Positions 56,612 to 64,000 of a stretch of 64,000 bases of DNA are shown here, piece by piece; position 1 is the first letter of the stretch; each line of letters opens with the position of its first letter. The position numbers and the translations under genes are program-made. This stretch comes from Christensenellaceae bacterium. Lineage in GTDB: Bacteria > Bacillota > Clostridia > Christensenellales > Borkfalkiaceae. The stretch spans positions 83,324-147,323 of the forward strand of contig JAZRSF010000010.1 in NCBI GenBank assembly GCA_045651365.1. Reading direction: 5' to 3'. The notes beneath the pieces are model-generated. The model worked only from the letters and a program-made list of their open reading frames with translations, made no database searches and was not told the origin of the DNA.

Positions 56612-56903
56612 TTTTTTACCCCTAAAGAATAACTTTTTTATCATATCCAAATAGTATTTTTGAGTATCATTTTTAATAAACATGTTAACTAGAAAACAAA
56701 CGCAAGCACCAATAATAACTTGCAAAAACAAAAAATATAGAAACTATCCCTACAACACTATAATCTTGTGGGGTGAGAAGTCTTGCTAATATAATTGAAA
56801 CAACTAGCGATACCATTTTTGCTGCAAACCGTTCTGAAAATTTCCAAATAGTACCAAATATGGATTTTTCCTTTAAGCCTTTAACCTCGTTGTTAATCAT
56901 CAA
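56612..56903 (-). pseudogene. wzx: Internally deleted Wzx flippase remnant
   Basis: The N-terminal piece IWKFSERFAAKMVSLVVSIILARLLTPQDYSVVGIVSIFF parallels MWKFLERICAKMVSLVVSITLARILFPKDYSVISIVFIF of the intact Wzx. The tail QVIIGACVCFLVNMFIKNDTQKYYLDMIKKLFFRGKK parallels QGVVGVIVYLAVNVIIKNKDLTYFLDILKSMLKRKRK. The central ~390 codons are absent. Confidence 0.75.
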
Positions 56904-56919
56904 TTTTTACCTCTTTAAC

Positions 56920-58041
56920 TTAAAATAATAAGTTAGCAATTTTTTCTTTTGCTTTCTCGATTAAGAAATTCCTCTCGATAGTTTCAACTTTAAGCTGTTT
57001 TTTATCATGAACGTTTCGTAAAATCGCTTTATTAAAACTTTCAACAGTTAAACTATAATAGCTACCAAAATCCCAAAAAGTTAAAGTCTCTCTTATCGCT
57101 GGCAAGTCCGAGGCGATTATTATCTTATTCAAAATTATAGCTTCTTTAATGGTTATACATTCAGCTTCTACATAAGACGTTTGCACATATAAATCTGCCT
57201 GTTTAATATACGGATATGGATTTTCTTTTGCACCAACGAATAAACATTCTTCTTTTAACCCGAGTTGTTCAATAAGTTTTTTACAATCTAACATTCCCTC
57301 GCCGTCTCCCACGAACAACCATCGGAAAGCAACGTTTTGTTTCTTAAGTTCATTTGCTACTTTAATAGAAAAAAGTTGACCTTTTTCTTCACAAACCCTT
57401 CCAACCGTTGTAATTTTAAGACCCTTGAACGAATTAAACACGTCTATGTTTTCGTTTGCAAGGTTAACTATTCTTTCCTTGTTTATTAAATTCGGAATAA
57501 CTTCTATCTGTACGCTTGGGAAATGTTTAGCAAGCATTTCCTTATTAGAATTACTAACCGTTATAACCTTATCGTATTTTAGATAATACTTACAGTCCCT
57601 TCTCTTTACCCAACCATCCTTCTCGTATGAACCATGGTGATACCACAAATACTTTTTGCAGGCAGTTACTTTATCTATAACGTAGTATGGCGAATAACCG
57701 TTTTGGCAATAAGAAATAGCAATATCGTATTTTTTCTTAATTTTTGGAACAATCTTAAATTCGTTACCAAACAATTTCGCTATCTTGAATAATAAATATC
57801 TTAAATATGCGCTGGGCCTTTTATACCACTTTTTCTTTCTTATATCCCTTAAGCGTCCAACCCCAACACTCTCTATAACGTTTATACCAGAAGGAATACT
57901 ACTAAATAACGGCCCTCTTTTTTTCCATAACGCTAGGTCAATTTCGTAAGGCTCGTTTGATAAAAATTCTAAAAAGTCAATTAAGCTTTTTTCAATTCCA
58001 CCAAGGTCCGTGCTAATGTTCATTATAAATATTTTTTTCAT
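56920..58041 (-). CDS. Glycosyltransferase family 4 (GT-B, GT1/4-type)
   Basis: 373 aa with an EX7E-type motif EAECITIKE and typical N- and C-terminal Rossmann halves. Confidence 0.8.
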   Translation of the reverse strand: MKKIFIMNISTDLGGIEKSLIDFLEFLSNEPYEIDLALWKKRGPLFSSIPSGINVIESVGVGRLRDIRKKKWYKRPSAYLRYLLFKIAKLFGNEFKIVPKIKKKYDIAISYCQNGYSPYYVIDKVTACKKYLWYHHGSYEKDGWVKRRDCKYYLKYDKVITVSNSNKEMLAKHFPSVQIEVIPNLINKERIVNLANENIDVFNSFKGLKITTVGRVCEEKGQLFSIKVANELKKQNVAFRWLFVGDGEGMLDCKKLIEQLGLKEECLFVGAKENPYPYIKQADLYVQTSYVEAECITIKEAIILNKIIIASDLPAIRETLTFWDFGSYYSLTVESFNKAILRNVHDKKQLKVETIERNFLIEKAKEKIANLLF

Positions 58042-58050
58042 AATTTTACC

Positions 58051-59010
58051 TTAAATTACCTTAAATAGCATAGGAAAACACCTTAAAATAACGTAATCAA
58101 CTTTCCTTTTCATTACCAGTTTTTTCCAAACATTTCTTGTATTCTTCTTACAAAACTTTAGGCAATCGGTGTAAATGCTTATATTCTCTATTTTAAGTTT
58201 TTTATTTTTACATAAATTACGACAAATATTAAGTTTGTGTAAAAAAGCCCAACGTAGTGCATTATTATAGGCTTGGGGATATAATCTTTTACACTTTTCT
58301 AATAAAATATCTACAACGAATATATAATCAAATCTCTTTGCTGAAAAAGAAGACGTCATTGCCGAATTTTCGTGCATCATATAATGATAAAATGCACCAT
58401 TTACGTAGACCATCTTTTGCATTTTTTCTACAAATTCAAAAATAAAAAGTATATCTTCCCCTAAACGATATTTAGTGTTAAATCTTAATTCCTTCAATGT
58501 TTCTTTTCTAAACAACTTATTCCAAGGAGAATACATTAACTCTTTAATTACTCCCTCTGTAAAATAGTTGTTAATAATGTTTTCCTTAGCCCAATCAATC
58601 GTGATTGAAGCATCGTTAACTTTTTGTTCACCATTAACACGAACTTGTCTAAAACCGCATACAGCCAAATCCGCGCTTTCCCTTTCTATTGAAGAATATA
58701 ATTCTTCATACATATTAGGCTCTATATAATCATCGCTATCCACAAAGGTAAGATATTCTCCCTTCGAAATATCCATTCCTACGTTTCTTGCTTTTGAGAC
58801 TCCTTCGTTTTCTTTGTGAATAACTAGCACTCTTTTATCAAGTTTTTTATACTCGTCGCAAATAGCACCACTATTATCAGTTGAGCCATCATCAACCAAT
58901 ATAATCTCCAAATTTCTATAAGTTTGGCTTAAAATAGAATCTAAACACCTTTTAAGGTAAGGTCCTACGTTATATACTGGAACGATAACACTAATCAATT
59001 TTTCCATCAT
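58051..59010 (-). CDS. Glycosyltransferase family 2
   Basis: 319 aa with ISVIVPVYNV, VDDGSTDNS and VDSDD motifs. Confidence 0.9.
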   Translation of the reverse strand: MMEKLISVIVPVYNVGPYLKRCLDSILSQTYRNLEIILVDDGSTDNSGAICDEYKKLDKRVLVIHKENEGVSKARNVGMDISKGEYLTFVDSDDYIEPNMYEELYSSIERESADLAVCGFRQVRVNGEQKVNDASITIDWAKENIINNYFTEGVIKELMYSPWNKLFRKETLKELRFNTKYRLGEDILFIFEFVEKMQKMVYVNGAFYHYMMHENSAMTSSFSAKRFDYIFVVDILLEKCKRLYPQAYNNALRWAFLHKLNICRNLCKNKKLKIENISIYTDCLKFCKKNTRNVWKKLVMKRKVDYVILRCFPMLFKVI

Positions 59011-59019
59011 ACATTTCCT

Positions 59020-59976
59020 TTAACGACACACTTTAACTATCAATCTGTGTAGAATAGGAAGATTTTTAAATACAAAAAACTCTATTCTTTCCTTGGTTCT
59101 TAATTGATTTTTAATAGTTTTATAATTATCAATAACATATTTTTTATATTGTATTAGTTCCTGACTATATTCTTTTATCTCTTTTTCTTTATAAATATGG
59201 CGCATAACGTTCATTCTCGCGCGAAAACACCAAACTCTTGCTTTCTCCTTATAAATAGGAAATTTTTCTTCAATTATCTTATAGGCTTGGTCTTTACAAT
59301 ATACTTCGTCGAACGACCTGTTTGAAAACTTGCTAGTTGTAATAGAACTTGGATGTTTTATATACCTGTAATAAGCACCACTAATCGCAGAAATTGATAA
59401 ATCATTTGCTAATAAATTTAAGGTAAAAAGCAAATCTTCTCCATGTATCCTTCCTTGTAAAAAACGTATCAATCCAATTAACTCTTTTTTATATAACTTG
59501 TCCCAGACTGCAGTTTTTAATGGAAGTATTATTTCCTCTATAATTTCGTCGATATTATAAACTTTATTACTAAAATTATTCTCTAGCAAAAGTTCCCCTT
59601 GTTCATTTATAATTTTGCAACCACACATACAAACATCTGCGTGCGTATTTTGTATGTTTTTGAGCATTTTTTCATACATCTCGGGCTCAATCACGTCATC
59701 GCTATCAATAAATCCTATATATTCCCCTGTTGAATTATCAAGCCCAGCGTTCCTTGCCGATGACAAGCCACCATTTGGCTTATGTATAACTTTTATACGG
59801 CTATCTTTTTTAGCCCATTCGTCGCAGATATCGCCACAGTTATCAGGACTGCCGTCGTCTATTAAAATAATTTCTAAATTGGTATACGTTTGGTTTACAA
59901 TACTATCTACACATTTATCTAAATATTGTTCGGTATTATAAACGGGAACGATTATGCTTATTAGAGGTTGTTCCAT
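59020..59976 (-). CDS. Glycosyltransferase family 2
   Basis: 318 aa with ISIIVPVYNT, IDDGSPDN and IDSDD motifs. Confidence 0.9.
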   Translation of the reverse strand: MEQPLISIIVPVYNTEQYLDKCVDSIVNQTYTNLEIILIDDGSPDNCGDICDEWAKKDSRIKVIHKPNGGLSSARNAGLDNSTGEYIGFIDSDDVIEPEMYEKMLKNIQNTHADVCMCGCKIINEQGELLLENNFSNKVYNIDEIIEEIILPLKTAVWDKLYKKELIGLIRFLQGRIHGEDLLFTLNLLANDLSISAISGAYYRYIKHPSSITTSKFSNRSFDEVYCKDQAYKIIEEKFPIYKEKARVWCFRARMNVMRHIYKEKEIKEYSQELIQYKKYVIDNYKTIKNQLRTKERIEFFVFKNLPILHRLIVKVCR

Positions 59977-61076
59977 AGATACTCCTTGGCTTTTTGTCTT
60001 TCTTTTTCTATTGCGGCAACCGAATCTTCAAAAGATAGGTTGTAGGCTTTTAATAGTTTTTCTTCTAAATTGTTAGAGTTTACTGCTCTATCGTTTAAAT
60101 TAGTTAAGGCTAAAACGTTGCTAATACGTCTATCCGTAGCACCGTCTAACGCAAAGAATGGCTTTTGCAAAATAATAGAAAAAGCCGTGCCGTGGAAAGA
60201 AGAAGTTATAACGAATTTTGCATTGTTAATTAGCGAAATAAAGTCTTTTGGACCTGTATCGTATAATTTTTTGAAACTATTAAAATAATCGTTTTTATTG
60301 TTATATCTAGTAACGACGATTGGAAGTTTTAAGAATTTAGATATCCTTTTAGCCATTTTAAGTTGTTCTTTACTTGGCTCTAGACAATACATAAGGATAT
60401 ATTCGCCGTTTTTGTAGTTTTTACCAGACCCGAACTCTATCCATTCTTCCTTAGAAAGCAAAAGCGTTGGGTCAACGTGAATATCGACTTCCTTTTCCGT
60501 TAAAGTTTTAGCATTTTGAAAACTGCCCTCTTCTCTAACCGAAATAGCCGAATAATCGTTAAGCGCATCAGTAAATTTTTGCTTATCGTATTTCGACCAG
60601 TCGATAGCAAGTGGACCAAAACTTGCACTATAAGAAATTTTCTTTTTGCCTTTTAACGAAGTTAAATAATATGCCTCGTTAAAATCTCTAGAGCGCACGT
60701 TCCAAATTTGGTCGCTACCACTTATATAAACGTCGTTATCGCCGTATGCTTGATTTATTTGCTCTAGCGAGTTAATCTCTTCCCCCGTGTTTAGGGTGTT
60801 GTTAATAAAGTCTTCGAACTTATTCCATTTGCGTTTATACTTTTTTAAGTATGGCAAACGCATCAAAAACTTTATTGCATTCTTTACGCCTTTTGGTTTA
60901 GGAAGATAAGAATACATTTGCTTTTGGAAATCTGTTCTAAAGTTGATAACCTTATAGTCGCATTCTTCGCCATTTTCCTTAAACAAATTCTCGGTAAAAG
61001 TTTGCAAAGCGTAAGTTTGCAAAGACGAGCCGAAATTATGCGCACCGTGAAAGGTTATAGTTGCTATTTTTTTCAT
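59961..61076 (-). CDS. Polysaccharide pyruvyl transferase family protein
   Basis: 371 aa. The N-terminal KIATITFHGAHNFGSSLQTYALQ and C-terminal ITSSFHGTAFSI match my memory of the PS_pyruv_trans family. Confidence 0.7.
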   Translation of the reverse strand: MKKIATITFHGAHNFGSSLQTYALQTFTENLFKENGEECDYKVINFRTDFQKQMYSYLPKPKGVKNAIKFLMRLPYLKKYKRKWNKFEDFINNTLNTGEEINSLEQINQAYGDNDVYISGSDQIWNVRSRDFNEAYYLTSLKGKKKISYSASFGPLAIDWSKYDKQKFTDALNDYSAISVREEGSFQNAKTLTEKEVDIHVDPTLLLSKEEWIEFGSGKNYKNGEYILMYCLEPSKEQLKMAKRISKFLKLPIVVTRYNNKNDYFNSFKKLYDTGPKDFISLINNAKFVITSSFHGTAFSIILQKPFFALDGATDRRISNVLALTNLNDRAVNSNNLEEKLLKAYNLSFEDSVAAIEKERQKAKEYLWNNL

Positions 61077-61085
61077 AAATTCCTT

Positions 61086-62057
61086 TTATTTAGCCTTGGT
61101 CTTTCTATATAAAGCGCCAAAACATCTTTCAAAAGTAATCATCATAAATAATTTTACTTTTAGTTTAATCGATACGTTTTTCCAAAACAATAAACCTTTT
61201 TTATTATTTTTAATCTTGCTAGTTACTGCCCTATATTCCTCTTGATTTTCTTTTCTAATTGGGCGAAGTAGATACTTTTGCTTGATGGCGTGCATAAGGT
61301 AGGTTGCTTTGCAGAAATTGTAGTTTTTAGGAGAATACTCTTTAATAATTTCTAAAACCCTTTCCCTTGCGCGCAAAATGGTCCATTGTCTTTGGTTAAA
61401 CTTTACCGTAGTAGTAATGGAATTGTCTCTAACTAAATAACCATATAAAGGTGTTTGCGTATATGCTACCTTTTCGCAATGAGTTAAATACTCTAAAACA
61501 AAAGCCAAATCTTCACCGGTAAATATCCGTTCGTCAAACTTTAAGTTTTTCTGTAAAAGGATGTCTTTTTTAAACAATTTATTCCACGCAAAACCGGCAT
61601 ATTTTTCTTCAGTTAATGCGTAGTCAAATTTTTGAGTAGTAACTTCCTGCCAATTAACATGCGACTCTAGTTCTTGAATATTATCTCCCTTGCCTTCATA
61701 AATGATAAATCTATCGCAACAACTTAAATCTGCGCCATTAGTTAGTAAACCGTCTAGTAAAATTTCTAGGAAATTTTCGCTAATAAAATCGTCGCTATCA
61801 ACAAATGCAATGTATTCACCCGTTGCAACTTTAAGTCCAGCATTTCTTGCAGATGAAACCCCACCATTTTCTTTATGTATAACCTTTATTCTATCGTCGC
61901 TTTTGGCATACTCATCGCAAATCTCGGGGCAATTATCGGGACTACAATCGTCTACTAAAATAATTTCAAAATCTTGATAGGTTTGATTTAACACGCTATC
62001 AATACATTTTCTTAAATATTTTTCCACCTTATAAATAGGGATTATAACGCTAACCAT
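61086..62057 (-). CDS. Glycosyltransferase family 2
   Basis: 323 aa with VSVIIPIYKV, VDDCSPDN and VDSDD motifs. Confidence 0.9.
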   Translation of the reverse strand: MVSVIIPIYKVEKYLRKCIDSVLNQTYQDFEIILVDDCSPDNCPEICDEYAKSDDRIKVIHKENGGVSSARNAGLKVATGEYIAFVDSDDFISENFLEILLDGLLTNGADLSCCDRFIIYEGKGDNIQELESHVNWQEVTTQKFDYALTEEKYAGFAWNKLFKKDILLQKNLKFDERIFTGEDLAFVLEYLTHCEKVAYTQTPLYGYLVRDNSITTTVKFNQRQWTILRARERVLEIIKEYSPKNYNFCKATYLMHAIKQKYLLRPIRKENQEEYRAVTSKIKNNKKGLLFWKNVSIKLKVKLFMMITFERCFGALYRKTKAK

Positions 62058-63149
62058 TTATCCTCCTATTGCTAACTTAAAAATATCTTCACTAAATGCT
62101 TTGTCTACATATAAACCATATATCGCAAACGCGGTGTATCCAACAACGGCTAACATTACAATTAATAGCCTTACATCACCCTTAAACGCTTTTTCAATTA
62201 AGTTAGGTAAACTTATTACGATACCCATTAAGAAATATTGAGGTATTCTGCCAAAAAGTATAGGATTGCCAAATAAAGATAGCACCATAAAGAAAGTGCT
62301 TATTATACCGACTTTTATCCAAAGCATTTGCTCTCTATCTCCCTCTTGATTAACCTCGTCGTTTGCAAATATTGCCAAAACGAATGGCACGAGATATACA
62401 AGCGCCCTAAACACGTTAACTGAACCTTCAACGATAATTTCTTCTTCAACGTCTTTGCCTAGGAATTCAATTACGCTAGCCATTACTCCTGATAATTGTG
62501 ATAAAGCGATACCAACAATTAAAATTAAAAAACCAAAAACGACAATTTTTTTATCCCATAAACTGCCACCGAAAATAGGAATTATTAGGAAAAATATTGC
62601 GTAAGTATGAAAAGAAATCGCAAGTAGGCAATATAAATAATAACTTAAAACCCTCCTGTTTAAGAAGGCGTTGAATCCTAGCATCATTATTCCAGTAGCA
62701 AGCGCTTGTTTAATACCTGCTAGAGAGAAAAGATAAGCACCCGTAGCCATAAATAAGAACATTGAAAAAGTAAAAGCTTTAGAATGTTTATCAATCATAA
62801 TAACGCAAGGCACTACGAATACTACTGCACATATAAATAAAAATACGTGTGGATTTGTGCTAACGTAGTTATATATTAAATATTGGAAAATGTTAAATCC
62901 ATATACGTTAGAGATTGCAAAATCGTTTGCAAATAATAATGAAAATCTAGTTGGGGTTTTCTTAAATCCTCTAATGTAAATACTAGTATCGTTATATTCC
63001 GTTCTTAAGCCTGCAAAAACGCATAAACTCAAGCAAATAGTAGCAAGCAATATATATTGCAAGCCTTTGGTTTTTGCGTTTAAGTTTTTAATTTTCTCGT
63101 ATATTCCAGATAAAATTACAACGAGAATAGAAAGAACGACGTAACTCAT
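62058..63149 (-). CDS. EpsG-family polytopic membrane protein (putative Wzy-type polymerase)
   Basis: 363 aa with about 10 TM segments. Its size, topology and position among GT genes fit. No enzymatic motif was verified. Confidence 0.55.
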   Translation of the reverse strand: MSYVVLSILVVILSGIYEKIKNLNAKTKGLQYILLATICLSLCVFAGLRTEYNDTSIYIRGFKKTPTRFSLLFANDFAISNVYGFNIFQYLIYNYVSTNPHVFLFICAVVFVVPCVIMIDKHSKAFTFSMFLFMATGAYLFSLAGIKQALATGIMMLGFNAFLNRRVLSYYLYCLLAISFHTYAIFFLIIPIFGGSLWDKKIVVFGFLILIVGIALSQLSGVMASVIEFLGKDVEEEIIVEGSVNVFRALVYLVPFVLAIFANDEVNQEGDREQMLWIKVGIISTFFMVLSLFGNPILFGRIPQYFLMGIVISLPNLIEKAFKGDVRLLIVMLAVVGYTAFAIYGLYVDKAFSEDIFKLAIGG

Positions 63150-63152
63150 GAA

Positions 63153-64000
63153 TTATCTTTTAAGCATTTTTCCTTCGATTGTTTTTTTAAAAAAGTATAA
63201 AGTTTTGAACTTTCTCTTGTATAAAAGTTTGTTTGGAAGTTTTACAACCAATCTTTGCGAATTGCCGTATTGACTAAAAGCGTTTATAAAGAACTCGTCC
63301 TCGGCAATACTTTTAAGCATTTCTATATACTCTTGCTTTTTACCTTTGGCAAGATATTTGCCGTAAAAGATGGTGCTTGCAACCTTTTTGAAAAAGTGAG
63401 AATATATGTCCCCTTGTGAATTTTCAAGTTGCATTTTTTTGCAAGACTCTAAAAATAGTTCTATTATAAATTTACCACCAAAGTAGGAAGATTTGTCTAT
63501 AGAATGCGTCATACTTACGTAAAGCATTCTGTAGTTGTATAAAACCTTTTGAGTATAGTAAATTTTTTGGGTATTTTCAAAAAGTTTAAGGGTAAATACG
63601 CTATCTTCGCCAACCGTAATGCGTGGAAAATCTTGAAGTTCAGCAGTGTTTATTAACCCTCTTTTGAAAGCCTTAAGCACAATGCTGTTAACTTTATTAT
63701 CTCTATATAAGAGCGAAAGAATTTCGTTTCTATCTACAAATCCGTCTTTATCAAAAACTTGGTTTGACGATTTTTGAGTGCCGTCCTCAAAAAACCTAGT
63801 TAAACGATAGACTACTACTTCTGCCCCGTCGTTTTCTATTATCTCGTTTAAGGTTGAAAGTGCGTTTCGTTCTAATAAGTCATCCGAATCGAGGAAAACA
63901 CAATATTCGCCTTGGGCGTTATCTAAACCCACCAATCTGGTGTGAAACAGACCCTTGTTTTGTTGGTTGATTAACTTTATCTTGCCACCATCAAGATATG
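63153..64000 (-). CDS. Glycosyltransferase family 2 (5' end beyond the window)
   Basis: The track ORF starts at an internal Met. The frame stays open to the window edge: ...YLDGGKIKLINQQNKGLFHTRLVGLDNAQGEYCVFLDSDD. Confidence 0.8.
   Translation of the reverse strand, partial: YLDGGKIKLINQQNKGLFHTRLVGLDNAQGEYCVFLDSDDLLERNALSTLNEIIENDGAEVVVYRLTRFFEDGTQKSSNQVFDKDGFVDRNEILSLLYRDNKVNSIVLKAFKRGLINTAELQDFPRITVGEDSVFTLKLFENTQKIYYTQKVLYNYRMLYVSMTHSIDKSSYFGGKFIIELFLESCKKMQLENSQGDIYSHFFKKVASTIFYGKYLAKGKKQEYIEMLKSIAEDEFFINAFSQYGNSQRLVVKLPNKLLYKRKFKTLYFFKKTIEGKMLKR

Noticed and set aside
1-64000. CRISPR arrays, transposases/IS elements, integrases, prophage genes and known anti-phage defence systems
   Set aside because: I looked for regularly spaced direct repeats and for recombinase, nuclease or ATPase-type ORFs in accessory regions. 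The only repeats are coding (G-X-Y, LRR) or the tRNA-linked palindromes. No such genes were recognised.

Overview
A visibly AT-rich, low-GC Bacillota-type chromosomal segment (composition not computed). Nearly all genes lie on the minus strand. Plus-strand genes: the collagen-like gene, ttcA-like, a Wzy_C-family membrane protein, two XRE regulators and one doubtful small ORF.

Layout:
(1) 1-13.2 kb, housekeeping operons: recA(partial)-cinA-pgsA-rimO-ftsK, then Zn-ribbon(COG1579-like)-nif3-trmK-sigA-dnaG-dGTPase.
(2) 13.4-15.2 kb: two tandem paralogous lipoproteins.
(3) 15.4-20.2 kb: uvrA-uvrB.
(4) 20.4-25 kb: BclA-type collagen-like protein, ComEC-like MBL lipoprotein, patatin, a membrane protein, ttcA-like, Lrp.
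(5) 25.3-31.8 kb, envelope-glycan accessory genes: two CpsC/Wzz-like proteins, NahK-type kinase, ABC exporter, Wzy_C/O-antigen-ligase family protein.
(6) 31.9-38.3 kb, hexuronate cluster: GH39, uxuA, SDR, RraA-like, uxaC, AraC.
(7) 38.5-46.6 kb, accessory patch around tRNA-Leu(UAG): 1166-aa BspA-type LRR lipoprotein, two Zn-ribbon membrane proteins, two XRE regulators, cytidylate-kinase-like protein, trypsin-like lipoprotein.
(8) 46.7-50.6 kb: GH28, then a yhcH-trpB operon behind a Trp T-box leader.
(9) 50.7-64 kb: Wzx/Wzy(EpsG)-type polysaccharide locus with four GT2, one GT4, a pyruvyl transferase, glycerol-phosphate (TagD/TagF-like) and acetyl decoration genes, and a ~1 kb graveyard of gene fragments.

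I found no CRISPR array, transposase, integrase, rRNA or recognisable phage-defence system.

The least explained items:
(a) tandem ~190-bp palindromic units downstream of tRNA-Leu that duplicate the tRNA 3' end;
(b) reciprocal decay of duplicated cassettes inside the polysaccharide locus;
(c) a His/Cys-rich module shared by two surface lipoproteins;
(d) the collagen-like gene with a sigma-K-like promoter;
(e) tandem CpsC-like genes next to NahK and an ABC + Wzy_C pair, with no BY-kinase.

All functional calls rest on motif recognition by eye. No database search was run.
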